Source: Candidatus Limnocylindrales bacterium
GTDB lineage: Bacteria > Chloroflexota > Limnocylindria > Limnocylindrales > CSP1-4
Reading direction: 5' to 3'
Assembly (NCBI GenBank): GCA_049521175.1
Contig: JBEKPB010000001.1
Location: 92,440 to 156,439, forward strand
DNA: 64,000 bases
In this document: piece after piece, positions 38,900-48,959 of the stretch
How the letters are laid out: every line of letters starts with the position of its first letter
Position numbering within the stretch: position 1 is the first letter of the stretch
Translations under genes and position numbers: made by a program
Notes under the pieces: model-generated
Databases searched by the model: none
The model's input: the letters and a program-made list of their open reading frames with translations, nothing else
Told to the model about the DNA's origin: nothing

Positions 38900-40464
38900 G
38901 CCAGCGCCTCCTTCTTGGTGGCCGCCCCTTCGTGGCCTCCCGTGGCCATCAGGAGGCCTACTTCGCTCTTGTCCGCGGTCCGCCCGTCCAGCTCAGCCAC
39001 CATCCGGCCGCGGTACATGACGGTAATCCGGTCGGACATCTCCATGATCTCGTCCAACTCGGCCGATACGAGCAAGACGGCGGTACCGGCGTCCCGCTTG
39101 GCGATGATCTGGCGGTGGATGAACTCGATGCTGCCGACGTCCAGACCACGGGTGGGCTGGTCAAGGACCAGCAGCTTCACGTCCCGGTCGAACTCACGCG
39201 CCACGACAACCTTCTGCTGGTTGCCGCCGGAAAGCGTCGACGTCGAAACCCTGGCGGATGGAGTCCGGATGTCGAAGCGCTCGACCTGCGCGGACGCGGA
39301 CTCGAGGATTGCCGAGTCGTTTCGCAGAGGGCCGTTGGCGAACGGCGGTCGGTAGTAGCTGGTAAGAACCAGGTTGTCATACAGCGGGAACGCGAGAATC
39401 AGGCCGAACCGATGACGATCGCCCGGGACGTAGCCCACCCCGGCCTCGTTCATGCGCCGGGGCGACAAGCCGGTCACGTCCCGACCGGCCAGCATCACCT
39501 TGCCGCCGAGAGGCCGCCGCAACCCCACCAGGGCCTGAACCAACTCATCCTGGCCGTTCCCGGCTACGCCGGCGACACCCAGGATCTCACCGGCCTTGAT
39601 CTCAAACGTAGCGCCGGGCACTACCTCGTGATGGCGATCGTCGGCTACTCGCAACCCCTCAACGCGCAGCACCGCTCCGCCGGCATGCGACTCGCCCCGG
39701 TCGACGGTCAACTCCACTTCGCGGCCGACCATCAGCTCGGCGAGCTCTTCCTCCGTGGTTTCGCCCGGTCGCCTCTCGCCTATCACGCGTCCACGCCGGA
39801 TGACGGTGATCCTGTCAGCAACCTCGAGGACTTCGTACAGCTTGTGGCTGATGAAGACGATCGAGTGGCCGTCGCTCGCCAGGCGGCGAAGCAGGCCGAA
39901 GATCTCCTCCGTTTCACCTGGCGTCAGGACCGCGGTCGGCTCGTCCAGGACGAGGATCCTGGCGTCGCGATACAGCGCTTTGAGGATCTCGACTCGCTGC
40001 TGCTGTCCAACCGACAGGGAGCCCACTCTCGCGTCCGGATCGAGGTCGAAGCCGAAGCGTGAGGCCAGGGTGGCGATCCGCTTGCTGGCCTCGTGACGAT
40101 CCACGAACAGAGGGTTCGACATAGTCTCGTCGCCGAGAATCACGTTCTCGGCGACGGTGAGCACCGGCACCAGCATGAAATGCTGGTGGACCATGCTGAT
40201 TCCGCGGGCGATGGCATCGGAAGGGCCGGCGATCTGGATCTGCTCACCGTCGAGCAGAATCGTGCCTTCGTCCGGTCGGGCCAGGCCGTACAGAACGTTC
40301 ATCAAGGTGGTCTTGCCCGCGCCGTTCTCACCAAGGAGGGCATGGATCTCGCCGCGGCAGACGTCGAGGTCTATGTGGTCGTTGGCCACGACGCCCGGAT
40401 ATCGCTTCGTGATCCCCCGCATCTCGAGGGCAGGGGCGCTGTCGCGTTCGGCATGCTCGGTCAT
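38896..40464 (-). CDS. ABC transporter ATP-binding protein with tandem duplicated ATPase domains (NupO/RbsA-like).
   Basis: There are two Walker A sites (GENGAGKTTL, and a second in the C-terminal half), an LSGGNQQKV signature, and 522 aa. Confidence 0.85.
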   Translation of the reverse strand: MTEHAERDSAPALEMRGITKRYPGVVANDHIDLDVCRGEIHALLGENGAGKTTLMNVLYGLARPDEGTILLDGEQIQIAGPSDAIARGISMVHQHFMLVPVLTVAENVILGDETMSNPLFVDRHEASKRIATLASRFGFDLDPDARVGSLSVGQQQRVEILKALYRDARILVLDEPTAVLTPGETEEIFGLLRRLASDGHSIVFISHKLYEVLEVADRITVIRRGRVIGERRPGETTEEELAELMVGREVELTVDRGESHAGGAVLRVEGLRVADDRHHEVVPGATFEIKAGEILGVAGVAGNGQDELVQALVGLRRPLGGKVMLAGRDVTGLSPRRMNEAGVGYVPGDRHRFGLILAFPLYDNLVLTSYYRPPFANGPLRNDSAILESASAQVERFDIRTPSARVSTSTLSGGNQQKVVVAREFDRDVKLLVLDQPTRGLDVGSIEFIHRQIIAKRDAGTAVLLVSAELDEIMEMSDRITVMYRGRMVAELDGRTADKSEVGLLMATGGHEGAATKKEALA

Positions 40465-40564
40465 GATTTCCTCGATCGGCCCCTGGCCGGCCGGATGCGG
40501 CGAGCGGGCCGCGCCATGATGGCGCGACCCGCTCGGGATGACTATTTGCCTGCCTGAGTCTCGG

Positions 40565-41752
40565 CTACTTGCTGGACCAGGTTCCGCACTTGGCAGGGCA
40601 CGTTGTCAGGGTGCCGGCCTTCATCGCGGCGAAGGCGGCGTCCAGCTTGCCCTGAACGTCGGCGGGAAGAGTGACGCTGGTGTTGTGGAAGGGTGAGTAA
40701 CCGATGCCGTCATTGGCAGCGTTGAACTTCGAGATGCCGCCCTTGGCGGTTCCGCCGGCGATCGCGGTGATCGTCTGATTTACTGCGCTGGAGAGATGCT
40801 TCTCGGCCGAGGTGACGATGCATTTGTCGGCGGTCGGGTAGGACAGGTACTCGTCGACGTCCACGCCGATGGCGAGGATACCGGCGGTGCAAGAGGCATC
40901 GAGGGCCGCGTTACCGGTGCCACCCGCGACCGGGAAGAGCACGTCAACGACCGCCTGCTTGATGAACTGGGACCCGAAGGTCTGGCCCCACGCCGGGTCG
41001 GCGTAGGCCTTGCCGAGGTCGCCGGTGGAGAAGAAGGTGCTCTTGACCTTGATGTTCGGGTTGTAGGACGCCGCACCCAACTGGAAGCCCTGCATGTAGC
41101 GGACGACCGCCGGGTTGTTGTTGATCCCGCCGATCTGGCCGATCGTGCCGCTCTTGCTTACGGCAGCGGCGACGATGCCGGCCAGGTAACCCGCCTGATC
41201 CTCCTGGAACTGGATCCCGATGAGCTTGGGCAGGAGGGTGGCAGCGTCGCCCTTGCACGTGAACGTGCTATCGGGGGCACCGGTCGCATCCACGCACGGA
41301 GCGACGTCAACCGCGATGAACCAGATGTTGGGGTTGGCCTTCGCGGCCTTGATCGTGGCATCACCCAGGTTGAAGCCGACCGTGACGATGATGTTGTACT
41401 GCTGATCGACGAACCCCTGGATGAGCCGGGTGTAGTCAGAGGCGTCGGCCGGAACGGCGTAGTGGACCGTGGCACCGAGGGCCGTCGCGGCCGCTTTCGC
41501 GCCTTCGTACGAGTACTGGTTGAAGTTCTTGTCGTTGATCGTTCCCACATCCGAGACCACGCCGATCTTGAGACCGGAGCTCGGCGCGGGCGTCGGCGCA
41601 GTGGTCGGCGCGGTGCTGGCCACGGCCGTCGTGGGCGCTGTCGTGGGCGCGGCAGTTGGCGCGGGCGTGGGCGTGGATCCCGAGCTCGAGCAAGCGGCCA
41701 CGATGACGGCCACCGCAAGCAGCGAGAACGCAGTCCGGAGCTTTCCGCTCAT
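40565..41752 (-). CDS. BMP-family (PnrA/Med-like) nucleoside-binding ABC substrate-binding lipoprotein.
   Basis: The protein has a signal peptide plus lipobox (LLAVAVIVAACSSS), a PT-rich linker, and the BMP core KIGVVSDVGTINDKNFNQ...IAVD. Confidence 0.85.
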   Translation of the reverse strand: MSGKLRTAFSLLAVAVIVAACSSSGSTPTPAPTAAPTTAPTTAVASTAPTTAPTPAPSSGLKIGVVSDVGTINDKNFNQYSYEGAKAAATALGATVHYAVPADASDYTRLIQGFVDQQYNIIVTVGFNLGDATIKAAKANPNIWFIAVDVAPCVDATGAPDSTFTCKGDAATLLPKLIGIQFQEDQAGYLAGIVAAAVSKSGTIGQIGGINNNPAVVRYMQGFQLGAASYNPNIKVKSTFFSTGDLGKAYADPAWGQTFGSQFIKQAVVDVLFPVAGGTGNAALDASCTAGILAIGVDVDEYLSYPTADKCIVTSAEKHLSSAVNQTITAIAGGTAKGGISKFNAANDGIGYSPFHNTSVTLPADVQGKLDAAFAAMKAGTLTTCPAKCGTWSSK

Positions 41753-41917
41753 ATGGCTCTCCCTTGTCAGACACCGACGAGGTTCTGGGCGAACCTCCCT
41801 CTGTGCGGATTGTATAGCGGCCAGGAGAAGGCGCCAGGAAGATCTCCAATGATCGGCCGCCGAGCCCCGTGGGCGCCGCAGCTGCGCCAGCAGCGCCTGG
41901 CTGGCCCCGACTGGCCG

Positions 41918-42805
41918 TCAGTCCGGCCGGTACAGCTCGCGACGATCGAGCCCCGTCCCGGCGGCGACCTCCCGCACGGCGTCGGCACGGCGGGTCCCCG
42001 AAGCCACGAGTCGGGCGACTCTTGCGCGGCCCTCGGCCATCGACGCCTGCTCCGTGCCGTCGGGCTTCTTCGCGGCAGAGCCACCCGCCGCAATAGCTTC
42101 GATGACGATCGCGAACTCTCCGCGCAACGCGATCGCACCAGCTGAGGCCGCCGCAGCAAGTTCATCGAGCGACCCGCGGATGACCTCCTCGTGGATCTTG
42201 GTCAGCTCCCGGCACGCGGCGGCCATCCGCTGCCCGCCGGCGGCGGCCGCCAGGTCGGCGAGTGTCGCCGGAACGCGGGAAGGAGCCTCGTAGATGACGC
42301 ACGCCCGCTCGTCGGCGCCGATCCGCGCCAGCCGCTCGCGGCGGTCTCGGCCGCGCCGTGGCAGGAAACCCTCGAAACTCCAGCGAGCCGCCGCCAGGCC
42401 GCTTGCCACGAGGGCCGCCAGTACCGCCGACGCGCCGGGAATCGGCACCACGACGCCGCCCTCTGCGGTCCAGGCTGCCGTGAGCTCGGCCCCCGGATCG
42501 CTGACCAGGGGCGTGCCGGCGTCCGTCACGAGCGCCAGGTCGCGTCCCACCCGCAGATGCTCCAGCAACTCCTGTGCGCGGCCGGGGCTGCTCTGTGCGT
42601 GGTAGCTCACCAGCGGCGTGCCTATCTCGTATCGGGCAAAGAGGCGCCGGGTGAGCCGCGTGTCCTCGGCCGCGACCAGAGGCACGGCCTTGAGCACTTC
42701 CACCGCCCGGAACGTGACGTCGCCGAGGTTCCCGATCGGCGTGGCCACGACGAAAAGGCGGCCACTCGCCGCGCCACTCCCGGCGGCCTTTGAGGCCCGG
42801 CTCAT
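41918..42805 (-). CDS. rsmI: 16S rRNA (cytidine1402-2'-O)-methyltransferase.
   Basis: The tetrapyrrole-methylase fold is indicated by LFVVATPIGNLGDVTFRAVEVLK and AAEDTR. Confidence 0.85.
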   Translation of the reverse strand: MSRASKAAGSGAASGRLFVVATPIGNLGDVTFRAVEVLKAVPLVAAEDTRLTRRLFARYEIGTPLVSYHAQSSPGRAQELLEHLRVGRDLALVTDAGTPLVSDPGAELTAAWTAEGGVVVPIPGASAVLAALVASGLAAARWSFEGFLPRRGRDRRERLARIGADERACVIYEAPSRVPATLADLAAAAGGQRMAAACRELTKIHEEVIRGSLDELAAAASAGAIALRGEFAIVIEAIAAGGSAAKKPDGTEQASMAEGRARVARLVASGTRRADAVREVAAGTGLDRRELYRPD

Positions 42806-43731
42806 GGTCGGGCGGAACCGGGCCGGCGTCGCGGGTACAGGTAGTCGACGCCCGTCGTTCGCGGCCCAAGCTTCGCCACCGGCGGCACCTGGCGCTTGAA
42901 CTCAGATACGGCGACGAGCCGCTTGACCCGAGCGATCGCCGCCCCAGGGAAGCCCATAGCAAGGAGCTCTTCATCGGTCCGGCGTTTGTCGATCATCCAG
43001 AAGAGGAGTCGATCGAGTTCCGGGTAGGTGAACCCGGCTTCGACCTCGTCCGTCTGGCCGGGCCATAGGTCGGCCGACGGGGCCTTGCGGATGATCTCTT
43101 CTGGCACGCCGACCGCGGCGGCAACCTGGCGCACCTGGCTCTTGTAGAGATCGCCGATCGGATTGAAGGCGGATGCCGAGTCGCCGAACAGCGTCGAGTA
43201 GCCGATCAGCGACTCGGTCTTGTTGCCGGTGCCGACGACCAGGCCGCCCCACGGCACCGACCGGTCGTAGAGGACGCACATGCGGGCCCTGGCCATGAAG
43301 TTGCCACGCCGCAGCTGCGACGCATCTCCCGCGGTCGCCCCGCCGGCACCCGCTTCGCCGTTCCGTCCGAAGTAGCCGTCGACGATGGAGCTGATGTCGA
43401 CGAGGTCGCTCGGGCATCCGAGACGGTCGACCACCAACCGGGCGTGCTCCACCGACTCGGTCGACGACGTCCGATACGGCATCAGCACACACAGCACGTT
43501 CTCCGGTCCGACCGCTTCGGCCGCCAGAAACGCGACGAGGGCGGAGTCGATCCCGCCCGACAACCCGAGCAGGGCGCGGTTGAACCCGGCCTGCGCCAGC
43601 TGGTTGCGGATGAAGCCGACCATGACCCGCCGGGCGACGCCGGTATCGATGGCGAGCTCGGGCGGCAGCTCGAACAGCGGACCCGCCGTGTCGCCGGTTC
43701 CGCCGGGCTCGGGCGCCGCGCTGCCGGCCAT
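42802..43731 (-). CDS. nadE: NAD+ synthetase (synthetase/ATP-pyrophosphatase domain).
   Basis: The protein contains the PP-loop GLSGGIDSALVAFLAAE and YGDRA-like motifs. Its ATG shares 1 nt with the upstream CN-hydrolase stop. Confidence 0.85.
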   Translation of the reverse strand: MAGSAAPEPGGTGDTAGPLFELPPELAIDTGVARRVMVGFIRNQLAQAGFNRALLGLSGGIDSALVAFLAAEAVGPENVLCVLMPYRTSSTESVEHARLVVDRLGCPSDLVDISSIVDGYFGRNGEAGAGGATAGDASQLRRGNFMARARMCVLYDRSVPWGGLVVGTGNKTESLIGYSTLFGDSASAFNPIGDLYKSQVRQVAAAVGVPEEIIRKAPSADLWPGQTDEVEAGFTYPELDRLLFWMIDKRRTDEELLAMGFPGAAIARVKRLVAVSEFKRQVPPVAKLGPRTTGVDYLYPRRRPGSARP

Positions 43732-44684
43732 CAGTCCTTCTCGGGGGCATCAGGAGTGGAGACCGCGCCGGTCGGCCGGGCAGGCCTGACGTTGGGCGGT
43801 TCGCTGGCCTCGTCGATCGCCATCTCCGTCCGTTCCGCCAGGATGCGGCGCAGCTCACGCAGGTGAAGCTCGGGCCGTTCATCGCGCAGCAGCGGCAGGC
43901 CTATGCGTTCGCGGCGGACGTCGCCGAGTTCGATGTCCACAAAGTAGAGCCCCTCGTCGAAGAGTGGCGCCGTGAAGACCGGCTCGCCGCCGGGACCGAT
44001 CACTTCGGAGCCGCCCCAGAAGCTGACCGTCTCGTCGAGGCCGACGCGATTGCAGAACACCACGAAGCTGGTCGTGAGCTGCGCATAGGTTCGCATCAGC
44101 GTGCGCCACGAGGCGGCTGTGCCCAAACCCACTTCATGGATGGCCGCGAGATCCCTCCCCGGCGAGGAGGAGACGTTGATCAGGATCTGCGCGCCATCGA
44201 GGGCCAGCGTCTCGGGAACAGCGAGGTGCCAGAAGTCCTCGCACACGGCGATGCCGAGGCGCACGCCAGTCCGCGACCCGACGGCCCGGAGCCGGTCTCC
44301 GGCGGCGAAGAAGCGCCGCTCGTCGAAGAGCCCGTAGGTCGGCAGGAAGAGCTTGCGATGGACGAATCGGACCTCACCTTCCTCGAGGAGCGCCGCGCTG
44401 ATAAAGAGCCGGTGGTCGGATGACGCCTCGACGAACGAAACGACGGCCGACATGCCGGCGGACGCCGCCGCGAGCTCGATCAGGCGCGGATCGTCGGCCT
44501 TCATGGCCACCTCGGCCGCGAGATCCTGCAGCTGGTAGCCGGTCAGCCCGAGCTCCGGGAAGACGACGAGTCCCGCGCCACCCGCCCTTGCCTCGGCCAG
44601 CGTCCCGTGGTGCCGTTCCAGATTGTCGGCCAGAACCCCCAAACGAGGGGCCATTTGGGCGAGGGCGATTCGAAGCGGCTGCAT
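43731..44684 (-). CDS. Carbon-nitrogen hydrolase (nitrilase superfamily), the presumed glutaminase partner of NadE.
   Basis: The N-terminus is MQPLRIALAQM. The protein contains LVVFPELGLTGY (catalytic Glu) and the Cys context ICEDFW. Confidence 0.8.
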   Translation of the reverse strand: MQPLRIALAQMAPRLGVLADNLERHHGTLAEARAGGAGLVVFPELGLTGYQLQDLAAEVAMKADDPRLIELAAASAGMSAVVSFVEASSDHRLFISAALLEEGEVRFVHRKLFLPTYGLFDERRFFAAGDRLRAVGSRTGVRLGIAVCEDFWHLAVPETLALDGAQILINVSSSPGRDLAAIHEVGLGTAASWRTLMRTYAQLTTSFVVFCNRVGLDETVSFWGGSEVIGPGGEPVFTAPLFDEGLYFVDIELGDVRRERIGLPLLRDERPELHLRELRRILAERTEMAIDEASEPPNVRPARPTGAVSTPDAPEKD

Positions 44685-44787
44685 GAATGAAGTCTAGCCC
44701 TTGGACCGGCCGGGACGACGCCGCTCGAGGCCTGGAGCTGCGCGCGTCCACGCGACGGCCCGCCTCATTGAGTCTCGCGGAAGACCC

Positions 44788-46467
44788 CTACTTGTTCAAC
44801 CAGACCGAAGAGAGGATCTCCGCTTGGTTTCCGGCTCCGACGAACCCCATCACGTAGTTGCCCGCTCCCGCCGCCAGCTTGGCGTTCACGAGCGGAACCG
44901 TCGGCATGTCGGCGGCAATCAGATCCTGGGCCTTCTGCCAATCCGTCCTCGCGGTTGCGGCATCAAGGTCCACGAGAGCCTTCGTCATCGTGGTGTTCAG
45001 GTTGTCGTTGGTATAGCTGAACATCGGCGAGGCCACGCCGTTGGCGTAGTGGAAGAAGGCGGAATACAGGAAGTCGTCCGGGCCTGCCCAGCGACAGGTC
45101 TGGCTCTGTAGCCACATCGGCAGCTTGCCGGCGGTTTCATCGGCCAGATAGTTCGGCGAGTATGCCTCGGTCTTGAGGTTGACCGTGAAGCCGGCGGACC
45201 CAAGGTCCTGCGCAACGGCCTGAGCCAGGCCCTTGGCGTCGGGCAGCACGGAAGTGGGCGCCCCGGTCGGATACCACAGATCCACGCTCAGGCCGCTCGT
45301 CGGAACCCCGGCCTGGGCCAGGTATCCTCTCGATCCCGTAACGTTGTACGTCGGCAAATACTCGCGCTTGTAGTACTGGGCGTCGGGTGGGAGCCAGTTG
45401 TCGGCCACTCCGGCCTCACCCGCGTAGAGGGCGGCGACGTATGCCGGCTTGTTCACCGCCGCCGCGATCGCAAAGCGCACACCCGTGTTGCCGAGGATAT
45501 TCGCCTGGCCGGCCACGGTATCGGCATTGTTCATCCCGAGCTGCGTGACATTGCACGACGAGCCGCGATCAAGAACTATCAGGCTCGCGTTGCCGGTGAC
45601 CGACGGAATCGAGGTCGGGTCGATCGACTCCACCAGGTCGACAGACCCGGACTTGAGCGCCGAGATTTCCGAAGCCTCGTCCGCGAAGGGCTTGAAGACG
45701 ACCCCATCCAGATATGGACGAGCGGCCGAATTCCAGTAGTCGGGGTTCTTGACCAGGGTCACCTGCTCCCCCGGCTTCCAGTCGCTGAACATGAACGGCC
45801 CGGTCCCGACCATCGCCTTTCCCTGGCCGTTGGTACCCATGGCGTACGCATTCTTGCTCAGCGTCGCGTTGTTCCCGTCGTTGTCCTGGATCGCGGTCGG
45901 ACTCTGGATGCCGAATGCGGCCACGGTCTGGCTGATCAGGAAGTTGCTTTGGGCGTGGCGCAGGTGGAAGACGACGGTAGTCGGGTCAGGATCCTCGACC
46001 GAGACCACGTTGGACGCGTCGCCAAATCCACCGAATGCGGCCGCATACAACGCCGCGTGGGTCTGCAGATCGCCTTTCGGGAAAGCCTTCCAGCGGTCGT
46101 AGTTGAACTTGACGGCCGCGGCGTTGAGGTCGGTACCGTCGTGGAACTTGATGCCGGATCGCAGCTTGAAGGTATAGGTGAGCCCATCCGAGCTGACGGT
46201 GGGCATTGCGGATGCGAGCACAGGGACGATCGAGCTGATCGTGCCCGGCAACAGCCCGACGAGGCCTTCGACGACCTGGTTTGCGACGTAAATCGAATTG
46301 GCGTCGCTCACGAACGACGGGTCGGCGGACTGCATGTCCGAGTCCAGGGCGACCGTCAGAGTCCCGCCGGTCTTCGGACCACCGACCGGTCCCGTCGTGC
46401 TCGTGGTGTTGCCACAGGCCGCTGCTGCCAGGGCCAACAGGGCCAGCATCGACGTCCAACGCTTCAC
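44788..46467 (-). CDS. ABC family-5 (Dpp/Opp-type) substrate-binding lipoprotein.
   Basis: The GTG start has AGGAAGGA upstream. The signal is MKRWTSMLALLALAAAACGN. The SBP_bac_5 core follows. Confidence 0.8.
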   Translation of the reverse strand: MKRWTSMLALLALAAAACGNTTSTTGPVGGPKTGGTLTVALDSDMQSADPSFVSDANSIYVANQVVEGLVGLLPGTISSIVPVLASAMPTVSSDGLTYTFKLRSGIKFHDGTDLNAAAVKFNYDRWKAFPKGDLQTHAALYAAAFGGFGDASNVVSVEDPDPTTVVFHLRHAQSNFLISQTVAAFGIQSPTAIQDNDGNNATLSKNAYAMGTNGQGKAMVGTGPFMFSDWKPGEQVTLVKNPDYWNSAARPYLDGVVFKPFADEASEISALKSGSVDLVESIDPTSIPSVTGNASLIVLDRGSSCNVTQLGMNNADTVAGQANILGNTGVRFAIAAAVNKPAYVAALYAGEAGVADNWLPPDAQYYKREYLPTYNVTGSRGYLAQAGVPTSGLSVDLWYPTGAPTSVLPDAKGLAQAVAQDLGSAGFTVNLKTEAYSPNYLADETAGKLPMWLQSQTCRWAGPDDFLYSAFFHYANGVASPMFSYTNDNLNTTMTKALVDLDAATARTDWQKAQDLIAADMPTVPLVNAKLAAGAGNYVMGFVGAGNQAEILSSVWLNK

Positions 46468-46624
46468 GTCCTCGTCCTTCCTGATCGCTGCACCGGCCGG
46501 GCGCAGCTCTAGCAGCTCGTCCACCGTGGCAGACGCGCCAGCAACAGCCCGTCGTTCCTCTCGCTACAACCTTATCGGGCCCGGCCGGTCCCTGCCAGCC
46601 AATTCGGGCGGACACATCGGGGCT

Positions 46625-47884
46625 TCAGCCACGATCGCGCCGCCGTGGTGCCGGACCCTCCGGCGCGGTGGGCGTCTCCGGCGCCACCACGACCTGGGTG
46701 GCTCCGGTTTCCGGCTCTCTCGAGGTAGACGACACCGCTGTGCCGGCGCCCTGTGCGCCAGCCTCCCCGGCAGCCCCGGCGCCCGCGCGCCGGCCCGTGA
46801 CCTGAACCTGTTCGGCCGTCCCGTCCACCTCCTCCGCGAAGTGGCAGGCCACGTCGTGGCGGCCGGCCATCTCCCTGAGGATCGGTTCCTCCTCGACGCA
46901 TCGTTCGGGGTTGCCGAGGCGTTCGCGCAACCAGCAACGAGTGTGGAACCGGCATCCCGACGGCGGATTTGACGGGTTGGGAACGTCGCCGGTCAGGATG
47001 ATCCGGCGGCGGCGCCCTTCGATGGCGGGGTCCGGTATCGGCACCGCGGAGAGCAACGCCACCGCATATGGGTGCAGCGGCCGCTCGTAGAGGTCACGCG
47101 ATCCGGCGGTCTCCACGATCTTGCCCAGATACATCACCGCGATGCGATCGCTTATGTGACGGACCACGGAGAGGTCGTGGGCGATGAAGAGATATGTCAG
47201 CCCGAACTCCTCCTGGAGATGCTCGAGCAGGTTGATGATCTGGGCCTGGATCGAGACGTCGAGGGCGCTGATCGGCTCGTCGGCGACGATCAGGTCGGGG
47301 TGCAGGGCCAGGGCCCGGGCCACGCCGATGCGCTGGCGCTGGCCGCCGCTGAACTCGTGGGGGTAACGGTCGCCGTAGTCGGGATCCAGACCGACCGTTG
47401 CCAGGAGATCTCGGACACGCTGGGCGCGCTCCCGCCCCGAGCTGACGCCGTGGATCTCCAGCGGCTCGGAGACGATCCCCGCGGCCGTCATACGCGGGTT
47501 CAGGCTGGCGTAGGGATCCTGGAAGATCATCTGCATCCGGCGGCGGACGGCTCGCAGTGTCGAACCCTCCGCTTTGGTGATGTCCTGCCCCTCGAAGATG
47601 ACGCGACCGGCAGTGGGCCGGTAGAGCCGCAGGATGGCGCGCCCAACCGTGCTCTTGCCGCAACCGGACTCACCGACGAGCCCGACCGTCTCGCCCTTCT
47701 GGATCGAGAGGCTGAGGCCGTCGACAGCCCGCACGTCCCCAACGTGGCGGCTCAGCAGGATTCCACTCGTTATCGCGAAGTACATGCGGAGGTCTTCGAC
47801 CTCCAGCAATGGCCGGGGCATCGTCGAGGACATCGACTCCATCGACGCAGACGGCACGGTCTCGGGAGCGATGAACGGCGTCAT
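46625..47884 (-). CDS. Oligopeptide/dipeptide ABC ATP-binding protein (DppF/OppF-like).
   Basis: The protein has a Walker A (GESGCGKST), an LSGGQRQR signature, and the C-terminal oligopeptide-ABC domain with Cys residues (CRFHTRC). Its ATG overlaps the dppD stop. Confidence 0.8.
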   Translation of the reverse strand: MTPFIAPETVPSASMESMSSTMPRPLLEVEDLRMYFAITSGILLSRHVGDVRAVDGLSLSIQKGETVGLVGESGCGKSTVGRAILRLYRPTAGRVIFEGQDITKAEGSTLRAVRRRMQMIFQDPYASLNPRMTAAGIVSEPLEIHGVSSGRERAQRVRDLLATVGLDPDYGDRYPHEFSGGQRQRIGVARALALHPDLIVADEPISALDVSIQAQIINLLEHLQEEFGLTYLFIAHDLSVVRHISDRIAVMYLGKIVETAGSRDLYERPLHPYAVALLSAVPIPDPAIEGRRRRIILTGDVPNPSNPPSGCRFHTRCWLRERLGNPERCVEEEPILREMAGRHDVACHFAEEVDGTAEQVQVTGRRAGAGAAGEAGAQGAGTAVSSTSREPETGATQVVVAPETPTAPEGPAPRRRDRG

Positions 47885-48957
47885 CGGGCTGCCTCGACCG
47901 GCTGCGCTGCGGGGACGAAGCCCTCTCGAAGGGGTCGGCCGGCGGCGGCCTCCGCGGCCGTCGGCCGGTTCCAGCATGCGGATCGATGAGTCGCCTCCGG
48001 ACCGGTCGTGATGACTTCCGTCGTGGCCCCGATGGGGTCCAGGGAGGGCATCTCCGTCCAGCACCGGTCAACGCGCCAGGCACAGCGCGGCGCGAACGGG
48101 CAGCCGGTTGGAGCGAACCGCAGGTCCGGCGGGGTGCCCTCGATCGGTATGAGCGGCTCCCCAGGCTGGGCGTCGAGGCGGGGCATCGAATGGAGCAGGC
48201 CCACCGTGTACGGGTGGGAGGGCCCGGCGAACAGCTCCGGAGTAGTTGCGCTCTCGACGACGAAACCGGCGTACATGACATTGATGCGGCGCGTCATCCC
48301 GGCCACGACGCCTAGGTCGTGAGTGATGAGGATCACGGCCGTGCCGTGGTCAGCGGCCAGCCTGCTGAGCAGCTCGAGAACTTGAGCCTGGATCGTGACG
48401 TCGAGCGCCGTCGTCGGTTCGTCCGCGATCAGCAGCTTGGGCTGAAGAGCGAGCGCCATCGCGATCATCACGCGCTGCCGCATGCCGCCGCTGAACTGGT
48501 GCGGGAAATCGCGGAGACGCCCCTCGGGTTGTGCGATGCCGACCATCGTCAGGAGCTCGACCGCGCGTGCGCGTGCCTCTTTAGCGGTGACCTTCTTGTG
48601 GGCCTTGATGGTCTCGACCATCTGCTCTTCGATTGTGAGGACGGGGTTGAGGCTGGTCATCGGGTCCTGGAAGATCATCGCGATCTCCTTGCCCCGCAGA
48701 TCTCGCATCTCGGATTCATCCAGCGCAATCAGGTCCTCGTCCTCGAAGTAGACCCGCCCGCCCTCGATCCGACCCGCGGGAGCCGGCAAGAGGCGCATGA
48801 CTGCCAGGTTCGTGACGCTCTTGCCGCAACCGGATTCGCCGACCAGGCCGAGTGTTTCCCCCTCGTCCAGGTCGAACGAGACGCCATTCACGGCATAGAC
48901 CGTGCCGTCGTGCGTCCGGAATCGGACAACCAGGTCGCGTACAGACAGAAGAGGCAT
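47881..48957 (-). CDS. Oligopeptide/dipeptide ABC ATP-binding protein (DppD/OppD-like).
   Basis: The N-terminus is [13 protein letters not shown]. The protein contains [17 protein letters not shown] and C-terminal CPFAPRC. The 637-aa track ORF is a frame extension over dppC. Confidence 0.8.
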   Translation of the reverse strand: MPLLSVRDLVVRFRTHDGTVYAVNGVSFDLDEGETLGLVGESGCGKSVTNLAVMRLLPAPAGRIEGGRVYFEDEDLIALDESEMRDLRGKEIAMIFQDPMTSLNPVLTIEEQMVETIKAHKKVTAKEARARAVELLTMVGIAQPEGRLRDFPHQFSGGMRQRVMIAMALALQPKLLIADEPTTALDVTIQAQVLELLSRLAADHGTAVILITHDLGVVAGMTRRINVMYAGFVVESATTPELFAGPSHPYTVGLLHSMPRLDAQPGEPLIPIEGTPPDLRFAPTGCPFAPRCAWRVDRCWTEMPSLDPIGATTEVITTGPEATHRSACWNRPTAAEAAAGRPLREGFVPAAQPVEAAR

Positions 48958-48959
48958 CG

